The notes beneath the pieces were generated by a model that saw only the letters and a program-made list of their open reading frames with translations, was not told the DNA's origin and did no database searches. A program made the translations under genes and the position numbers. Below are positions 42,001-51,942 of a stretch of DNA of 64,000 bases, one piece after another (the stretch's first letter is position 1; each line of letters begins with the position of its first letter). Source of the stretch: Podarcis liolepis (lineage: Eukaryota); the NCBI GenBank assembly GCA_965112155.1, contig OZ218098.1. One strand, given 5' to 3'.

Positions 42001-44542
42001 TCCTGTCTAGCCATTTTTGTTTTAGCCCAAGTAGAGTTTAATATTTATATTGTGTGATTAAGCCAAGTATCAGTAACCATCCATCAAAGCATCTGCTCCT
42101 TATTTTTCTGATAGAAAACTTTATATAGCTATAGGTACCGTAACAGCTGCACTTCAGTAAATGCTATCAATCAAATTAAAAACAAACTTGGTCAAATGTG
42201 GCAATCCCAAGTCAAATTCCCACCTTACACATAATTACACCTGGTCTTTCCATACAGGCAGAGTAAGCAAATAGAATACAGAGAGCAAGATATGTTTTTT
42301 AAAAAATTCTCCACATAAACAGAAATCCAATAGAGCAAGCAAAGATCTGGGCTTGAAGCCTTTGTGCTGATCTGTTACAGCAGATCCCATCTGTATTATA
42401 CATTTGAAGCATATACATTTGAAGCATTATTAGACCACTTTAGGTAGTCAAAGATATCTAACCTTGCTCCAGAGTTAGCGAGGGCTACCAAACAATGGAG
42501 CTAGTGGAACCCCCCCCCCCCATTTTAAGTAATTTCCTCTTCCCATTTTGAGCACTGGATGACACAATGTTTGGTAGGTCCCTCCCCACACAACCATATG
42601 AAGAGGTGTTTGTGGAGAATTCAGGAAGCTGCAGAAGGGGGAAGGACGAAAACCCACTGCATGAGCTTGCCTTCTATTTGCACAGCTCTGAATACAACCC
42701 AGTGTTTTATGGACTTACTGTTTTAAAATTCTTAGCAGCCCTGAGAAGTTTTACCTGAAGAACAGCAATCATCAAATAAATAAAAGTAAATATGGAAAAC
42801 CCCCAGACCTTCATTCAATAAAGTGGAAACAAATTATTTGGAAGACATTCCATTAATGTCAAATGGGACTAATTTCCACATACTTATCAGAGGAGTGAAT
42901 CCAATAGGCCATTGTACAAGCGAAACAACTTCCGCTCACAAAGCAGAACAGGTTGGGGAACTCCTACAGTTGATGGGGGGCGCGTACAGGGGCATATAGA
43001 GAGTAGGAAAGGAACTTAGGTTGTGCTGGTGAAAGTCATTGGGCTCCTGCAATGATTTGGTTGGATACAAAACAGTTTGAGCTAGTATTTTAGCAGGAAA
43101 TAACAGCTGCAGCTTGCTTGAAAAGCAAAGTGTTGGTGGAAATCCCCCCCCCCCAAAAATAAGAATATATGTTATTCAGACTTTCTGAAACATAATTCTG
43201 GACTAGATACTATTCTTAAAGACTTGCTCTTCGTCTTCAAGTGTAGAAGCACCTGTGGCAAACTGAAACAGGACATATTTATTAACAGTAGAACCTGCCA
43301 AAGTATAGCCCAGGTGAAATGCATGCAACTAGAGCTCTTAGTTGAAATATATACCCCATTCAAGTGGTCCGCAGCCAGTTATTAAAAGGGACTTCTCTGT
43401 TGTTGCTGCTGCAATATTGAAAGAGATGTTGTTTTGAACAGCACATACACAGTGTTATGTCTTGGACAATTGAGGATACAAAGGTGTGATTGCATAACCT
43501 ACTGAAACAAAAAAATCCAATATGTAAAATAATGACTCCATCTGTACATATCATGGACAGGTTGTGTAACTTTTATAGGGAATATCATCAGTGGGAAAAG
43601 CTGCATTGCTAGTAGTTTCAGACAGGTATTTTAAAACAAATTTAGGTTGGCCTCTGATTAGCCATGAAGTTCACTGGATGACACTGGACCAGTCACTGTC
43701 TGAACCTACATGTTTTCAGTCTACAAAAGCAGAGAATGAAACTTGTATAGTAGTAAATTACCCATGATGACGAACCCTCATAACGCAAAATATGCTGGTA
43801 CATATGTTTCCAAAGAACACGAATGCAAAGCATAATACTCAGTGTTAGGATCAGCTGACAGTCACACGTGGGCAAACAGTAGTGTAATAGTTATCACTGT
43901 GGACTCTAGCTAGGAATACCCTGTCTGAGCCTAACCTACGGTACCTCAAATGCTTATTATAGTGTAGGTAATGCACATTTGTGGATGCCACCTTGAGCTC
44001 AATGGAAGGATGGGATACAAACATAAACATTAAAGTACCATATAGTGAGCAGCCTACTATTTCACATACTGGTGGGGCTCATTTTGAGCTGTTCATAACA
44101 GATTGTAGACAATCATATTATTTTTACACATATATTTAATTCAAGGAAGAGACACCTTTAGGTCATTTGAGATTGTGCACCAAAGGCTCTTGCCAGGTAA
44201 ATGATTAATTCAGAATGGCTGTTTTCCAATTTCTCAAGTGCACAACACTGGTGAATGGTACTCCTGCTGAGTACTTTTTTCCTGCTGTGAACATGACCCT
44301 CCATGTTCCTGAGTTCAACATGGGATACTTTCTTGTCCCCCTTTGCCCCAAGCACCCACCTAGAAAGCTTGCCTTACCTTTCCTTCAAACCTGGCTGTGC
44401 TTCCAAGTGGCACCCGGATATTCCTTGGAGGTAAAGTAAACGCCGGTGCTTCTGTTGGAGCAGGAGACTTTAGAGAGGAGTGGTCCAGGGTCAAGGTGGC
44501 TTTGGAGATCCTAGTAGTCGTTACCAGTTTCACATCCCCCAT
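7406..44542 (-). CDS. MYLK: Myosin light chain kinase, long isoform; N-terminal 622 aa in 10 coding exons (gene continues beyond position 1)
   Basis: The spliced translation starts MGDVKLVTTTRISK...EAPAFTLPPRN and contains RPSIWGECPPKFATK, VLQKTSSTITLQ, EGQDFVLQC and QDALPEDDGVYTCLAEN. These match my recollection of chicken and human long MLCK. All introns are GT-AG, and the exon phases give one open frame (165+208+49+166+166+37+584+204+135+153=1867 nt). Confidence 0.97.
8160..8640 (-). mobile_element. Decayed L2-like LINE ORF2 fragment
   Basis: The minus strand has remnants of the R-x-F-x-V-A-A-x-x-L-W-N-x-L-P...F-S terminal motif, and LDYC-like (CTAGGTTGGCTTACTGCAGC) sequence upstream. Confidence 0.55.
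10468..10620 (-). mobile_element. Squam3-like tRNA-derived SINE
   Basis: The minus strand reads GCAGCTCAGTGGTAGA (A box)...CCCAGGTTCAATTCC (B box)...CTCCAGGTAGG...GAGCCACTGCCAGTCAGTGTAGACA...CTAGATGGA. Confidence 0.75.
11056..11255 (+). mobile_element. L2-clade LINE 3' end
   Basis: LWNSLPTEIKNVPLLYSFQRLLKTFLLRQA* followed by a T-rich 3' UTR. Confidence 0.85.
11562..11740. mobile_element. Two inverted Squam3-like SINE 3' halves
   Basis: The left arm TGCCTT...GTCAAACCATTGGTCCATCTAGCTC...TGGCAGC is in minus orientation. The right arm GCTGCCAGTCAGTGCAGGCAATACTTAGCTAAATGG...TTCCTATGTTCC is in plus orientation. Confidence 0.6.
11858..11992 (-). CDS. MYLK: MYLK coding exon 9 (RPKVKDVAPHFSTILKSCSVSEGQDFVLQCLVEGTPVPEITWLLN), 135 nt
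   Basis: Acceptor tgatttgtag|GG, donor G|gtaagt. Encodes the N-terminal half of Ig4. Confidence 0.97.
12269..12480. mobile_element. Degenerate MITE related to the 54928 element
   Basis: Starts GTTCGTCCACACCT, has internal inverted TTCCCTGGGAAAAT / GGTTTTCCCAGGGGAA, and ends GCATGAGCCC. Shares the TTGGGTTT..C.GGGGAAAGTGGCAG segment with 55091-55116. Confidence 0.55.
13123..13326 (-). CDS. MYLK: MYLK coding exon 8 (Ig3: VSGKPKANVEWFKEG...QIYEEDGIHCLCLKK...SGSYRCTASNVQGQASTRWILTVK), 204 nt
   Basis: Acceptor gatgaactag|TT, donor A|gtaagt. Symmetric phase-1 exon, equivalent to the cassette exon that distinguishes human long MLCK1 from MLCK2. Confidence 0.94.
13793..13929. mobile_element. hAT MITE, palindromic, 137 bp
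   Basis: About 58-bp inverted arms starting CAGGCATAGGCAAACT, with a 20-nt loop. Perfect 8-bp TSD aattagca at 13785-13792 and 13930-13937. Confidence 0.92.
14297..14880 (-). CDS. MYLK: MYLK coding exon 7 (linker plus start of Ig3; MPTKCST...QFECRPQSQEAFEGEVVTFRCK), 584 nt
   Basis: Lies inside ORF 14289..14924. Acceptor ctctctttag|C, donor G|gtaaat. Contains ATSNGIAKELKST and VLQKTSSTITLQ. Confidence 0.96.
15004..15059. repeat. (GAAA)14 microsatellite
   Basis: Perfect tetranucleotide run. It reads (TTTC)n on the gene strand, about 125 nt upstream of the exon 7 acceptor. Confidence 0.97.
15316..15434. mobile_element. Degenerate hAT MITE nested in a Squam3-like SINE (SINE spans about 15220-15520)
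   Basis: MITE core GGACTCCAACTCC...GGCCAATGGTCAGGCATGATG...TGTAGTC. It is flanked by a SINE head (GCCATAGCT...GGTTCAGTCC) and a SINE 3' part (GGAGAGCAGCTGCCTGTCAGAGTAGACA...GACTCAGTGTAAGGC). Confidence 0.55.
16983..17019 (-). CDS. MYLK: MYLK coding exon 6, microexon (GSIKKDVHTHPPC), 37 nt
   Basis: Acceptor catcatttcag|GT, donor TG|gtatgt. It is the only candidate I found with the required 3n+1 length and no stop. It yields ...HPPCMPTK, similar to chicken ...HAQPLCMPPK as I recall it. Confidence 0.85.
17348..17585 (+). mobile_element. Probable L1 3' end with A-rich tail
   Basis: GCAGGATTATTGTAATAACCTGCAG...GGAGGAAGGAAGT...GAAATGTATATAACTGAAAAT followed by an (AATA)n/(AAAC)n tail. It resembles lizard L1 3' UTRs as I recall them. 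Confidence 0.5.
19446..19660 (+). mobile_element. MIR-like / L2-tailed tRNA-derived SINE (more decayed copies near 36010-36230 and 43640-44030)
   Basis: A box TGGTGTAGTGG, B box GGTTCAAATCC, core GAAACTCACTGGGTGACCTTGGCCAGTCAC...CTCAGCCTAAC, tail CACCTTGAGCTCCTTGGAG...AATAAAT. Confidence 0.8.
19865..20200 (+). mobile_element. L2-clade LINE 3' end (similar decayed pieces at about 8640-8765 and 28600-28800)
   Basis: Decayed RAFSVVAPQLWNALPREV...SLSTF motif followed by a T-rich tail. Confidence 0.75.
21592..21757 (-). CDS. MYLK: MYLK coding exon 5 (GEIQVQKSDRF...DAGIYTCTVMNSAGKASVSAELMVQ), 166 nt
   Basis: Acceptor atgcatgcag|GGT, donor G|gtatgg. Encodes the C-terminal half of Ig2. Confidence 0.96.
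22755..22920 (-). CDS. MYLK: MYLK coding exon 4 (RPSIWGECPPKFATKPNRVIVREGQTGKFSCKITGRPQPQVTWFK), 166 nt
   Basis: Acceptor tttcctttccag|T, donor AAG|gtacaa. Encodes the highly conserved N-terminal half of MLCK Ig2. Confidence 0.97.
23058..23191. mobile_element. Older hAT MITE of the same core family
   Basis: Ends GGGGTAGGGAAC / GTTCCCCACCCCTG, degenerate ACTACAA...GATGGTGGGAGTTG core, and near-identical 8-bp flanks cagtagac / cggtagac. Confidence 0.7.
25816..25864 (-). CDS. MYLK: MYLK coding exon 3 (GSVLKKYSLPSGAKSSG), 49 nt
   Basis: Acceptor ttctgcttccag|GA, donor GG|gtaaga. Phase 1 to 2 links the flanking exons. The peptide resembles the chicken linker LKKYSLPS. Not present in the ORF track. 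Confidence 0.92.
26662..26761 (+). mobile_element. 5'-truncated Penelope-like element terminal fragment
   Basis: 100-bp insert between 13-bp direct repeats ctatgaatgcctg (26649-26661 and 26762-26774). The motif CTGAAGAAG...CGAAAGCTCATACC...TTAGTTGGTCTTTAAGGTGCTACTGGA resembles reptile PLE pseudo-LTR ends. It interrupts an older SINE-like sequence. Confidence 0.8.
26667..26704 (+). ncRNA. Minimal type I hammerhead ribozyme motif
   Basis: Stem I GTAT/ATAC; core CTGAAGA; one extra A; stem II GTGTG-CATG-CACAC; GAAA; palindromic AGCT in place of stem III; CUC triplet. Predicted cleavage between 26700 and 26701. Confidence 0.75.
27688..27895 (-). CDS. MYLK: MYLK coding exon 2 (Ig1: VRGIPEPQVTWYKNG...YTCEARNAGGVRQVTVELTVE), 208 nt
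   Basis: Acceptor tctttctag|GTC, donor G|gtaagg. I-set Ig motifs W and D-x-G-x-Y-x-C are present. Confidence 0.97.
31385..31610. mobile_element. Tc1/mariner (pogo/Tigger-like) MITE, 226 bp
   Basis: TIRs CAGTGGTACCTCGGGTTA / TAACCTGAGGTACCACTG with TA on both sides. Internal repeats of (CT)TCAGGTTAAGAAC. Confidence 0.92.
38171..38306. mobile_element. hAT MITE, palindromic, 136 bp, inserted in an L2-like remnant
   Basis: 58-bp inverted arms starting CAGTGTTTCCCAACCTT, with a 20-nt loop. Perfect 8-bp TSD ctctaggc at 38163-38170 and 38307-38314. Confidence 0.92.
38988..39314. mobile_element. Tc1/mariner MITE, 327 bp, CpG-rich
   Basis: TIRs CAGTGGTGCCCCGCAAGACGAA / TTCGTCTTGCGAGGCACCACTG with TA TSD. 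Internal AAGCCGCTAA and GGGCTTGCTTCG repeats. Confidence 0.9.
40892..41144. mobile_element. Tc1/mariner MITE, related subfamily
   Basis: TA-flanked imperfect TIRs CAGTTGATACCTTGGTTTA / TAAACCAAGGTACCACTG. The 3' part AAGAACGGACTTCCAGAACGGATTAAGT resembles the 31385 copy. Confidence 0.82.
44378..44542 (-). CDS. MYLK: MYLK coding exon 1 (ATG; MGDVKLV...ARFEGK), 165 nt
   Basis: ATG at 44542-44540 in context agcATGG. Donor AAG|gtaagg at 44377. An upstream pyrimidine tract with AG shows this is an internal exon. Confidence 0.96.
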
Positions 44543-47340
44543 GCTAAGAGCTTTAAAAGCAGATGAAAAACAAGGAAGTACAAATGCCTGTTATTACTTT
44601 TATAGGGACACTGTCAAACCACAGAGAAAATTAAATTAAATACCCAAGTCTTATTTATTTCAGAGGGAGAAGCAAGTAGGATGAAAGCTGAAAACAGGCA
44701 ATTGTTTCTCAGAACACTGAAGTGTTAAATCTCTTTCATCCAAATCAGTGCAAATTAAACGTGCTCAACTTTTGCAGGATTATGCCCAATAAGAAGATAT
44801 TAAACCTATAGGAAAAGGACACCGTTGCTCTGGAAACCCCTTGGCTGCAAGAACAATGAGAATTTTTTTTAAAAGAAACTGAACGCATAAAATAATTGAT
44901 CCCTCCTTGTGTGTGAAAAACTGGAGGAATAACCAAGCTAAAGCAACTATGAAATAATAACCACAAGAGCTTAATGGGAAAGGGGTGGAGGGGAATCCAG
45001 CAACCTGAAAACTACTTGCATCAGTAATAAATAAATACAATCGTCTAGACGAAAAGTGTGGTTTTAAAGATGGACTGTCTCCATTTATATGGCTTTTCCA
45101 GGACAGAACAGACAAGAATTAACTGTACTATAAACAATTTTGCAACAGCAAGCCTCACAATGGGGAAGGGAAATGAACCAAAAGCCTAGAATTATGCCTA
45201 CAGTAGTTGTGCCTTTTCTTTTCACTGATTATACAAACTGATTTCACAAAATGTGATGGCAAATCATCAGGAAAGGAGTTTCAGAAACAACTATGCAGCT
45301 GCATTTGGAAAGCTGCAGATTATTTTTTCTCTGTGATTTTTAATGTCTGCTAGGTCAAAGTCATAGTGATCCCATACCAGCCACTGAATCCCCTTATAAA
45401 TCTCCACACAATCAAATACAGCTTTTGCCTTGCTGTGGCGCCACTCATCAACAATATGAATTCTAGACCCCACTGAACCATGCTCTGACTTGCTTTTTAT
45501 TCTTGTTGCTCTCAGTCTCATTCAGTCCCTGCATCTACTTGTTGGTCCCTCAAGTGTCTTGCAGCAGCTATTTCCAAATTTTAGTAATGCAATTCTTAAA
45601 TCCTGCACTGACTTCAAGGCTCTCTTGCCTTTTGCAAGCAGGGAAATCTAGGCCTACTAGAAGAATGGCTGCTAAAATAATTTTTTGATGAAGATTTTCT
45701 CCACAGTAAGAGCAGGAGGAATCTCTTTTTAAAAAGGAAAACAGAGGTTAAAATGTTTAAAACATGCAATACCACACAAATTAAGCTTTTTGGCCACCTG
45801 GGTAACTAAGCAGCTGGATATCTACATGCCAGCAAAGCAGACATACCAATGGAACTTTCTTTTTATATTCAGGTATGTAATGGCCACTGCCCCAAGTGCC
45901 TCTAGCAACTTCTATCATGATTCTCAGAGTGGATTAACGATCACTCCCTCTTCACAAGGAATCAGGGAACTGTAGCTCTGTGAGGGGAAGGGGGCCGCAG
46001 CTCCATTAACAAACTTCAATTCCCAGAATTCTTTGGTGGAAACAATAACTTTTTAAAAATGATATCAGTGTTTTAAATATATGGTGTGTGAATGTAGCCT
46101 TATCCAGGTGACACCGGGTGTACTGAACATCAGCATCAAGGATGGGGGCCAAATCAAGCCCCCTGAGGCCTATCAAGCCTTCAGAGCTCTCCCCAGGCCA
46201 CCACCCCCTCAAGCCCTGCCTTGTTCCAATGTGTTTTTGCCTAACTCAAATGTGTCCTTGAACTTTGATAACTCTGCTTGCCTGCCTGCCTGCTTGCTTG
46301 GAAGTTAGAAGTAGATGTGTGAGAGTATACAGATTAGCTTACTGTACAAATTTAACATTTATGTTCATTGCTTCATCCAATTTCGTCAGTTTTGGCCCTT
46401 TGAAGGTTTCCCACAAGGGAATGGGAACCTCGAGCTGAAAAATGTTTTCTACCTCAGTAGTGTACAACGTTATTAAAATGGGTAAGTGATGAATTTTTAA
46501 TGGACAAGACTTACGTAACGATTAAAAGAAAAGGTAGGGGTCTCTGGCATGCTACATGTTCAATAGTTTCAGAAATGTATGCGAAACAGCAAGCGAAACC
46601 TCTGTCCTCATCAGCTGACATTTATAAGGCAATAGCCACGAATACAAAAAATAGTCATCAACAACTTTGTGCAGTTCTAGGCAATTATCAATTTATTAGG
46701 GAAAGGACAAAAGCACTAGTTCACAGGGAGGAAAATGTGGACCTTAAGTCAAGAAATTAATATCCCTTCTTGTTTTTCCAGTAAAATAAAAGTCTGAGAT
46801 CACAGTTGGATCCCATTCATGAGACTGTCCCAAGAAAAGTAGACAATCCACTTTGATTTTTTCACACATATAATTGTTTTCAAAAGACACAGTACAATTA
46901 CTAAACATTACCTAGTCTATTCTGTCCTGTGAAGTCACAAAACCTAGAGAACCTTGCAGCTGAGCAATCAGAGCCTCTGTTTCCCCCTATCTGAATGTGC
47001 ACACACACAACTATAGCTCCAATGCTTTTCTCCAAGCTATCGCATGCCTTGTCATGAGGAATGCCAGGGGCTCCACAACCACAGGTTGTTAATGCTAAGT
47101 TATTACAGAGGTGACACTGGGGTGAGGACAAGCATGCTAAAGGCTGGAATGCCGGAATGGGATAGAATCTGGCTTACAGGAAGGAATGCATAAAGGCACC
47201 TGGATTCCATTTTCAAATTCTCCATGAGTGCTCTGAAATCTAGGTAAAAGATTGCTACCCTCCACCCACCAGCTGCTAACTGAAAAATTCAGCGCATTAC
47301 CCACACCTGAGAAAGAAAAATATTTTCATCCATAAGCCTA

Positions 47341-47666
47341 AAGGTAAAGGGACCCCTGACCATTACGTCCAGTCGTGACCGACTCTGGGGTTGCGGCGCT
47401 CATCTCGCTTTATTGGCCGAGGGAGCCGGCGTACAGCTTCCGGGTCATGTGGCCAGCATGGCAAACCAGAGCAGCGCACGGAAACGCCGTTTACCTTCCC
47501 GCCGGAGCAGTACCTATTTATCTACTTGCACTTCGTGCTTTTGAACTGCTAGGTGGGCAGGAGCAGGGACCGAGCAAAGGGAGCTCACCCCGCCGCAGGG
47601 ATTCGAACCGCCGACCTTCCAATTGGCAAGTCCTAGGCTCTGTGGTTTAACGCCACCCGTGTCACT
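47341..47666 (-). mobile_element. Sauria SINE, near full length
   Basis: The minus strand has a tRNA-like head with an intact B box (GGTTCGAATCC) and a deleted A box. The body is typical (AGTGCAAGTAGATAAATAGGTAC, CACATGACCCGGAAG) and ends in a CCCTTTACCTT tail. Perfect 13-bp TSD atccataagccta at 47328-47340 and 47667-47679. CpGs are retained. Confidence 0.93.
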
Positions 47667-48313
47667 ATCCATAAGCCTACCTGCACCCTATAAGCATAGC
47701 ACCCAAGACCTTCAATGGATGAAATATCAGTAATACAGCATATAGGTGTCTTTTAGTGGACAGAAACTCTGGCGTCTTCTGTAATGCATACTCATGTCCA
47801 TAATTTTAAAGTAAGAGGGTGAGTGGAACTTCACATGAGAAGGCTTATATTCCAGTCTTCCACTCTGCCAAGTCTGTTTTTCTTAAGAAATCATATTCCA
47901 AGGTTTAGCCATCCCCAAATATGCAATGCAGTCACTTTCATGACAGCATATCCATCATGGTGGATGTAAAGTGAGATGGAGAATTGCCAAAGGCCTCATG
48001 TCTCGTATTCTAGTTCCTCTTTTCTTTTTAAGGAATGCTAATCTGTTTTCTTTATTAATTGAAGAGACCCCACAGTTCTATACTATGCTATTATTCCTAC
48101 TATTCCTATTTTGTAGCCTTAAATCAGGAACAATTACTCCTCACTGGCCAAAATAGATGTTATTTTAATAATGATATAAACAGCAGCTGGGGGAGGGGTT
48201 GATTTTCAGAAAGAAAATGGTATGGGGCGGAAGAGTTACATCTCCTCTGCTACGGCTGCTTTTGGTAAGGGAAAAAGTGTCAGAAATCCCAAATAAGGGA
48301 TTCAAATGTGCTA

Positions 48314-48662
48314 CAGTGGTACCTCAGGTTACATACGCTTCAGGTTACAAACTCCGCTAGCCCAGAAAAAGTGCTTCAGGTTAAGAACTTTGCTTCAAGA
48401 TGAGAACAGGAATCGTGCTCCAGCGGCGCAGCAGAAGCAGGAGGCCCCATTAGCTAAAGTGGTGCTTCAGGTTAAGAACAGTTTCAGGTTAAGAACGGAC
48501 CTCTGGAACGAATTAAGTACTTAACCCGAGGTACCACGGGTTCCATACGCTTCAGGTTACATACGCTTCAGGTTACAGACTCTGCTAACCCAGAAATAGT
48601 GCTTCAGGTTAAGAACTTTGCTTCAGAAGTACAGGTTAATTACTTAACCTGAGGTACCACTG
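48314..48662. mobile_element. Tc1/mariner MITE of the same family as 31385, with an appended partial second copy
   Basis: Outer TIRs CAGTGGTACCTCAGGTTA / TAACCTGAGGTACCACTG flanked by TA, plus an internal TIR at about 48521-48545. Confidence 0.9.
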
Positions 48663-48994
48663 TACTGAAGTAATGCCTACAGTTCTAAAGCAGGCAATTC
48701 TCAAGGGAAACTTTGAATGTACATCACCAGTCCAGAACATTCATATTTGCAGTAGTTCCAGCAGAGTCACTAAAACCAGGGCACAGTCTCTTAATGCATG
48801 TCCAAGGCACATGATGCTGCAGTCACAGTGAAGCTAAGCAGTCTGAACAACTTAGCTGGGACCCCATGTAGGGTCACCTGCAGTTCTAACGTGGAAGGGT
48901 CATAAAATGGGAAATGTAACATGGGTACTAGCCTTTAAAATAAAGCAAATCCTTACAAGAGTAAACTGCTTCAGAAAATCTAGTTTAAAAGCAT

Positions 48995-49190
48995 CTGACC
49001 CCCATCTACTGGTATTTGATATAGATGGAGACGGTATGTTTAACCTCCAACAGGTATGGAAAACTGATTTGAACATAGAATTTGAAGATGATGTTTGGAA
49101 AGCTTACTGGAATAAACCTATAATCACTACAGCATCTAAACAAATTCAAGAAGGTATGATAAAGGTTGTCTACAGATGATACACAACGTT
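48995..49190 (+). mobile_element. L1/Tx1-clade ORF2 C-terminal fragment
   Basis: WKTDLNIEFEDDVW...EGMIKVVYR*YT matches the W-x-x-D-L...K-x-x-x-R-W-Y-x-T pattern, with W mutated to a stop. Confidence 0.65.
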
Positions 49191-49384
49191 CGAAACTCCC
49201 ATTGTTTTAGGCACGTTTCATGACAGGGAATTTCATTAATGTGAGCAGTTTCTGAGCTCTGGGCGCAGTACTATGCCTAAGATTTCAGATTAAAACTGGA
49301 ACTGCTGGAAGGAAAGGAGTACATTTTTCTGGCTCCCCACTTCCAGCCGGTTTTGTAGTCTTCAGATGAGGACTAGACCATGTG

Positions 49385-49964
49385 AAAAATTAACATTAAA
49401 GCAAAGGTTATGGGATAATGCACACAGTGACTTGCGATCTTGATCACACGCAGTCTGTAGTCCGCTGGCAGTAGGAGTACAATATGGGCATGTCTTTAAG
49501 TTAACATCTTACATTAAAAACCTGACAGTACCAAACTATCGAAGGCTTTTCACCAAAGCCAGACTAAACGTCTTTCCTTCTGCAATGTTGGATGGTAGGT
49601 TGAGAGGAGTTCCCTACCAGGACAGACTTTGCTCGTGTGCTCAAGACATCGATTCCATAAAACATATTTTGTTACACTGTGCAAAATATGAGCAAGCCAG
49701 GGCTGAACTGATACTACCTTTGCTGGTAACGGTACCTTTCCCGGGAAAATCAGAGGCTCACTATGTGAGGTTCCTATTGAAAGACCGGACAAATGCTAGA
49801 ACATTAGCAGTGACAAAGTTTTTATCAGTGGTTGCAAGAACCAATGATCCCTATATTCTGAACAAAATGCTTATTTAACCTGGGGGTAGGCTGTATGAAT
49901 TGTGTATTGCTTTGTAACGATTTACTGGGTCTCTGGACCTTAATAAAGATTGATGATGATGATG
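49385..49964 (+). mobile_element. 5'-truncated non-LTR retrotransposon 3' end (RTE-X-like)
   Basis: Frame KQRLWD...YRRLFTKARLNVFPSAMLDGR...RLCSC...SIKHILLHCAKY (CCHC knuckle), with a stop at 49878, then AATAAA and a (GAT)n tail. The clade is assigned from motif recollection only. Confidence 0.78.
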
Positions 49965-51145
49965 AACAAACATTTTAGCTGCAGTTCATTCATTTTCAGC
50001 TTTGTATTCTTTTTATAAAAAGTGTGTTTAGATACTCGGTTGCAGTGCCCATAACTTACATTTAAGGTGCCATTTAGCTTCTAGCTTTCATATCTCAGTT
50101 TCTAACACTGATGGCACATTATGCCTGCACGCATAATATACCATCAGTACATTACTCCACCATTATGCTAGAGAGGTTGCTTAATCCCTGGCACAGATTT
50201 ACATATGTGGTGGACTTGCTCAAAATTTAATTATGAATCCACAATTGGCACTCTTAAACCATTTTTGTTGAAAGTAAGTCTCCAGGCCTGCTAGAAAGAG
50301 AGTTACAGTGCAATATAAGCAATTTCTGTGAAATGAGAGTGAGTGTGGTGTGACCACCTTGTATATTTTTCCTGGTACTGAGAAATGTTCCCTAATGCCA
50401 TTAGAAGCAACAACATCAATGGGTGTACATGTGTAAAAACAACACTGTATGATATCCACAATCAGGACCAGAAAGAAAAATGTAGCTGACCTCCTTTAGT
50501 AAGCATAGTGACACACTCAGTGAAGATGGGAGCAGGGCAACATGATTGGGTTGATTTAATCTTGGCCATTCCCTGCCTAAAACAACAAAGAATTCAGAGA
50601 TTCTCCATATGTGTTAAGGTAAAATATAAACTTACAAGGACTCTTGATACTGAAGCTCCCTGTGACTACTTATTCCCTCACCTAGGTGTAAATTAAAGCT
50701 GGGGCACGATGGAAATGAAAACTGTACTTTTATTAAGTAGCACTCAAAGAGGGATAAAAAGCGTGGAAGTGTCACAATTAAAAGCATAGTACTTATTTGC
50801 TGTTTCAGGTTGAAAGAACAATTTTACTTTTAATTATCCACAACAGAAGTGTTTCTATCAAAATTATCTCCTCCTAGAATGGGGCTTTCCACTTTTACTC
50901 TTCCTGTAAAGGTACCTCTATCCTCTTTTGGGGACCTTTTCCTCAGAAAATTAAACAGGTTTATCCTGCCTACCAAATCTCTAAGCGTACCTAGCTACTT
51001 CCGTAGCCAGGCCCTATCTCCTAGCGAAACTTCCAATTTTCTATTTGCCACCCACATTATTCCCTGGTTGGCCGTTTCTCCTGCCTGTCATAATTTGGTT
51101 AATGGTCTCCAGGATGAGAGACCATCTAAAGCATACGGTTGTTGT

Positions 51146-51180
51146 GTTTGTTTGTTTGTTTGTTTGTTTGTTTGTTTGTT
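51146..51180. repeat. (GTTT)n microsatellite
   Basis: Read directly from the sequence. Confidence 0.95.
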
Positions 51181-51781
51181 GTGGCCACAACTCCCACCCC
51201 AAAGCAGCTATTTTGGGACAAGCGCTCCCACCTTCACAAAATTCATAATACGCCCAAACAGACTGACAATCCCTGAACTAGACATTCTTTAAATAGCAGA
51301 TTATTCCCTCACAGCAGCTCTTTAGATAACCCTGTCTTCAAGCAAAGACTACATTAACTATAATTACAATGCTGAATATGGCACAACATCCACACAAAAA
51401 GATAAAAAAATACAGATGCACAACATAATCCTTTCTAAAAAGAACACAGATCCTTACAAATTCTCACACTATGAGCCATAATCTTTCTAATTCTGAGACA
51501 AGCTGAACACATTTCAAGCATTTTCTGTCAGGAAACCGCAGCCCAGCCCCACTGCCTTCACACCCTCCCCTCACTTTCGGCCTCTTTACATGCAGAAATA
51601 AAGGCAGGAAACAAAAATATTAAGTCATAACTAGCTGCTCTCACCATAAATTTGCGGCAGGAGGTAAATATGTACCGTCGGCTTCCTACATAGCTGTTTG
51701 ATTACATTAGGTTTCCTTTGCCCCAGTCAGAAAAAAGAGGTGAAAGACGGAACTTAGATGCAGCCAGTGTTTACAGCTTAA

Positions 51782-51833
51782 ATTTATTATTTATTATTAT
51801 TATTATAATTATTATAATTACTATCATTATTAT
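51782..51833. repeat. Imperfect (ATT)n microsatellite
   Basis: Read directly from the sequence. Confidence 0.85.
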
Positions 51834-51942
51834 ACTTCATTCCACAGCACTGCAATGTGGATTTTTGCTGCTGTTTTGTATTGTTCCTTAATAATGGGAA
51901 AGAAAAGCACACTGGTTGTTGCTTGTATATATGTAACTACTG

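Noticed and set aside
51520-51720. Cluster of ETS-like GGAA and forkhead-like GTAAATA motifs as an endothelial enhancer
   Set aside because: The motifs are short and frequent, with no clear composite FOX:ETS site. The call cannot be supported without conservation or chromatin data.
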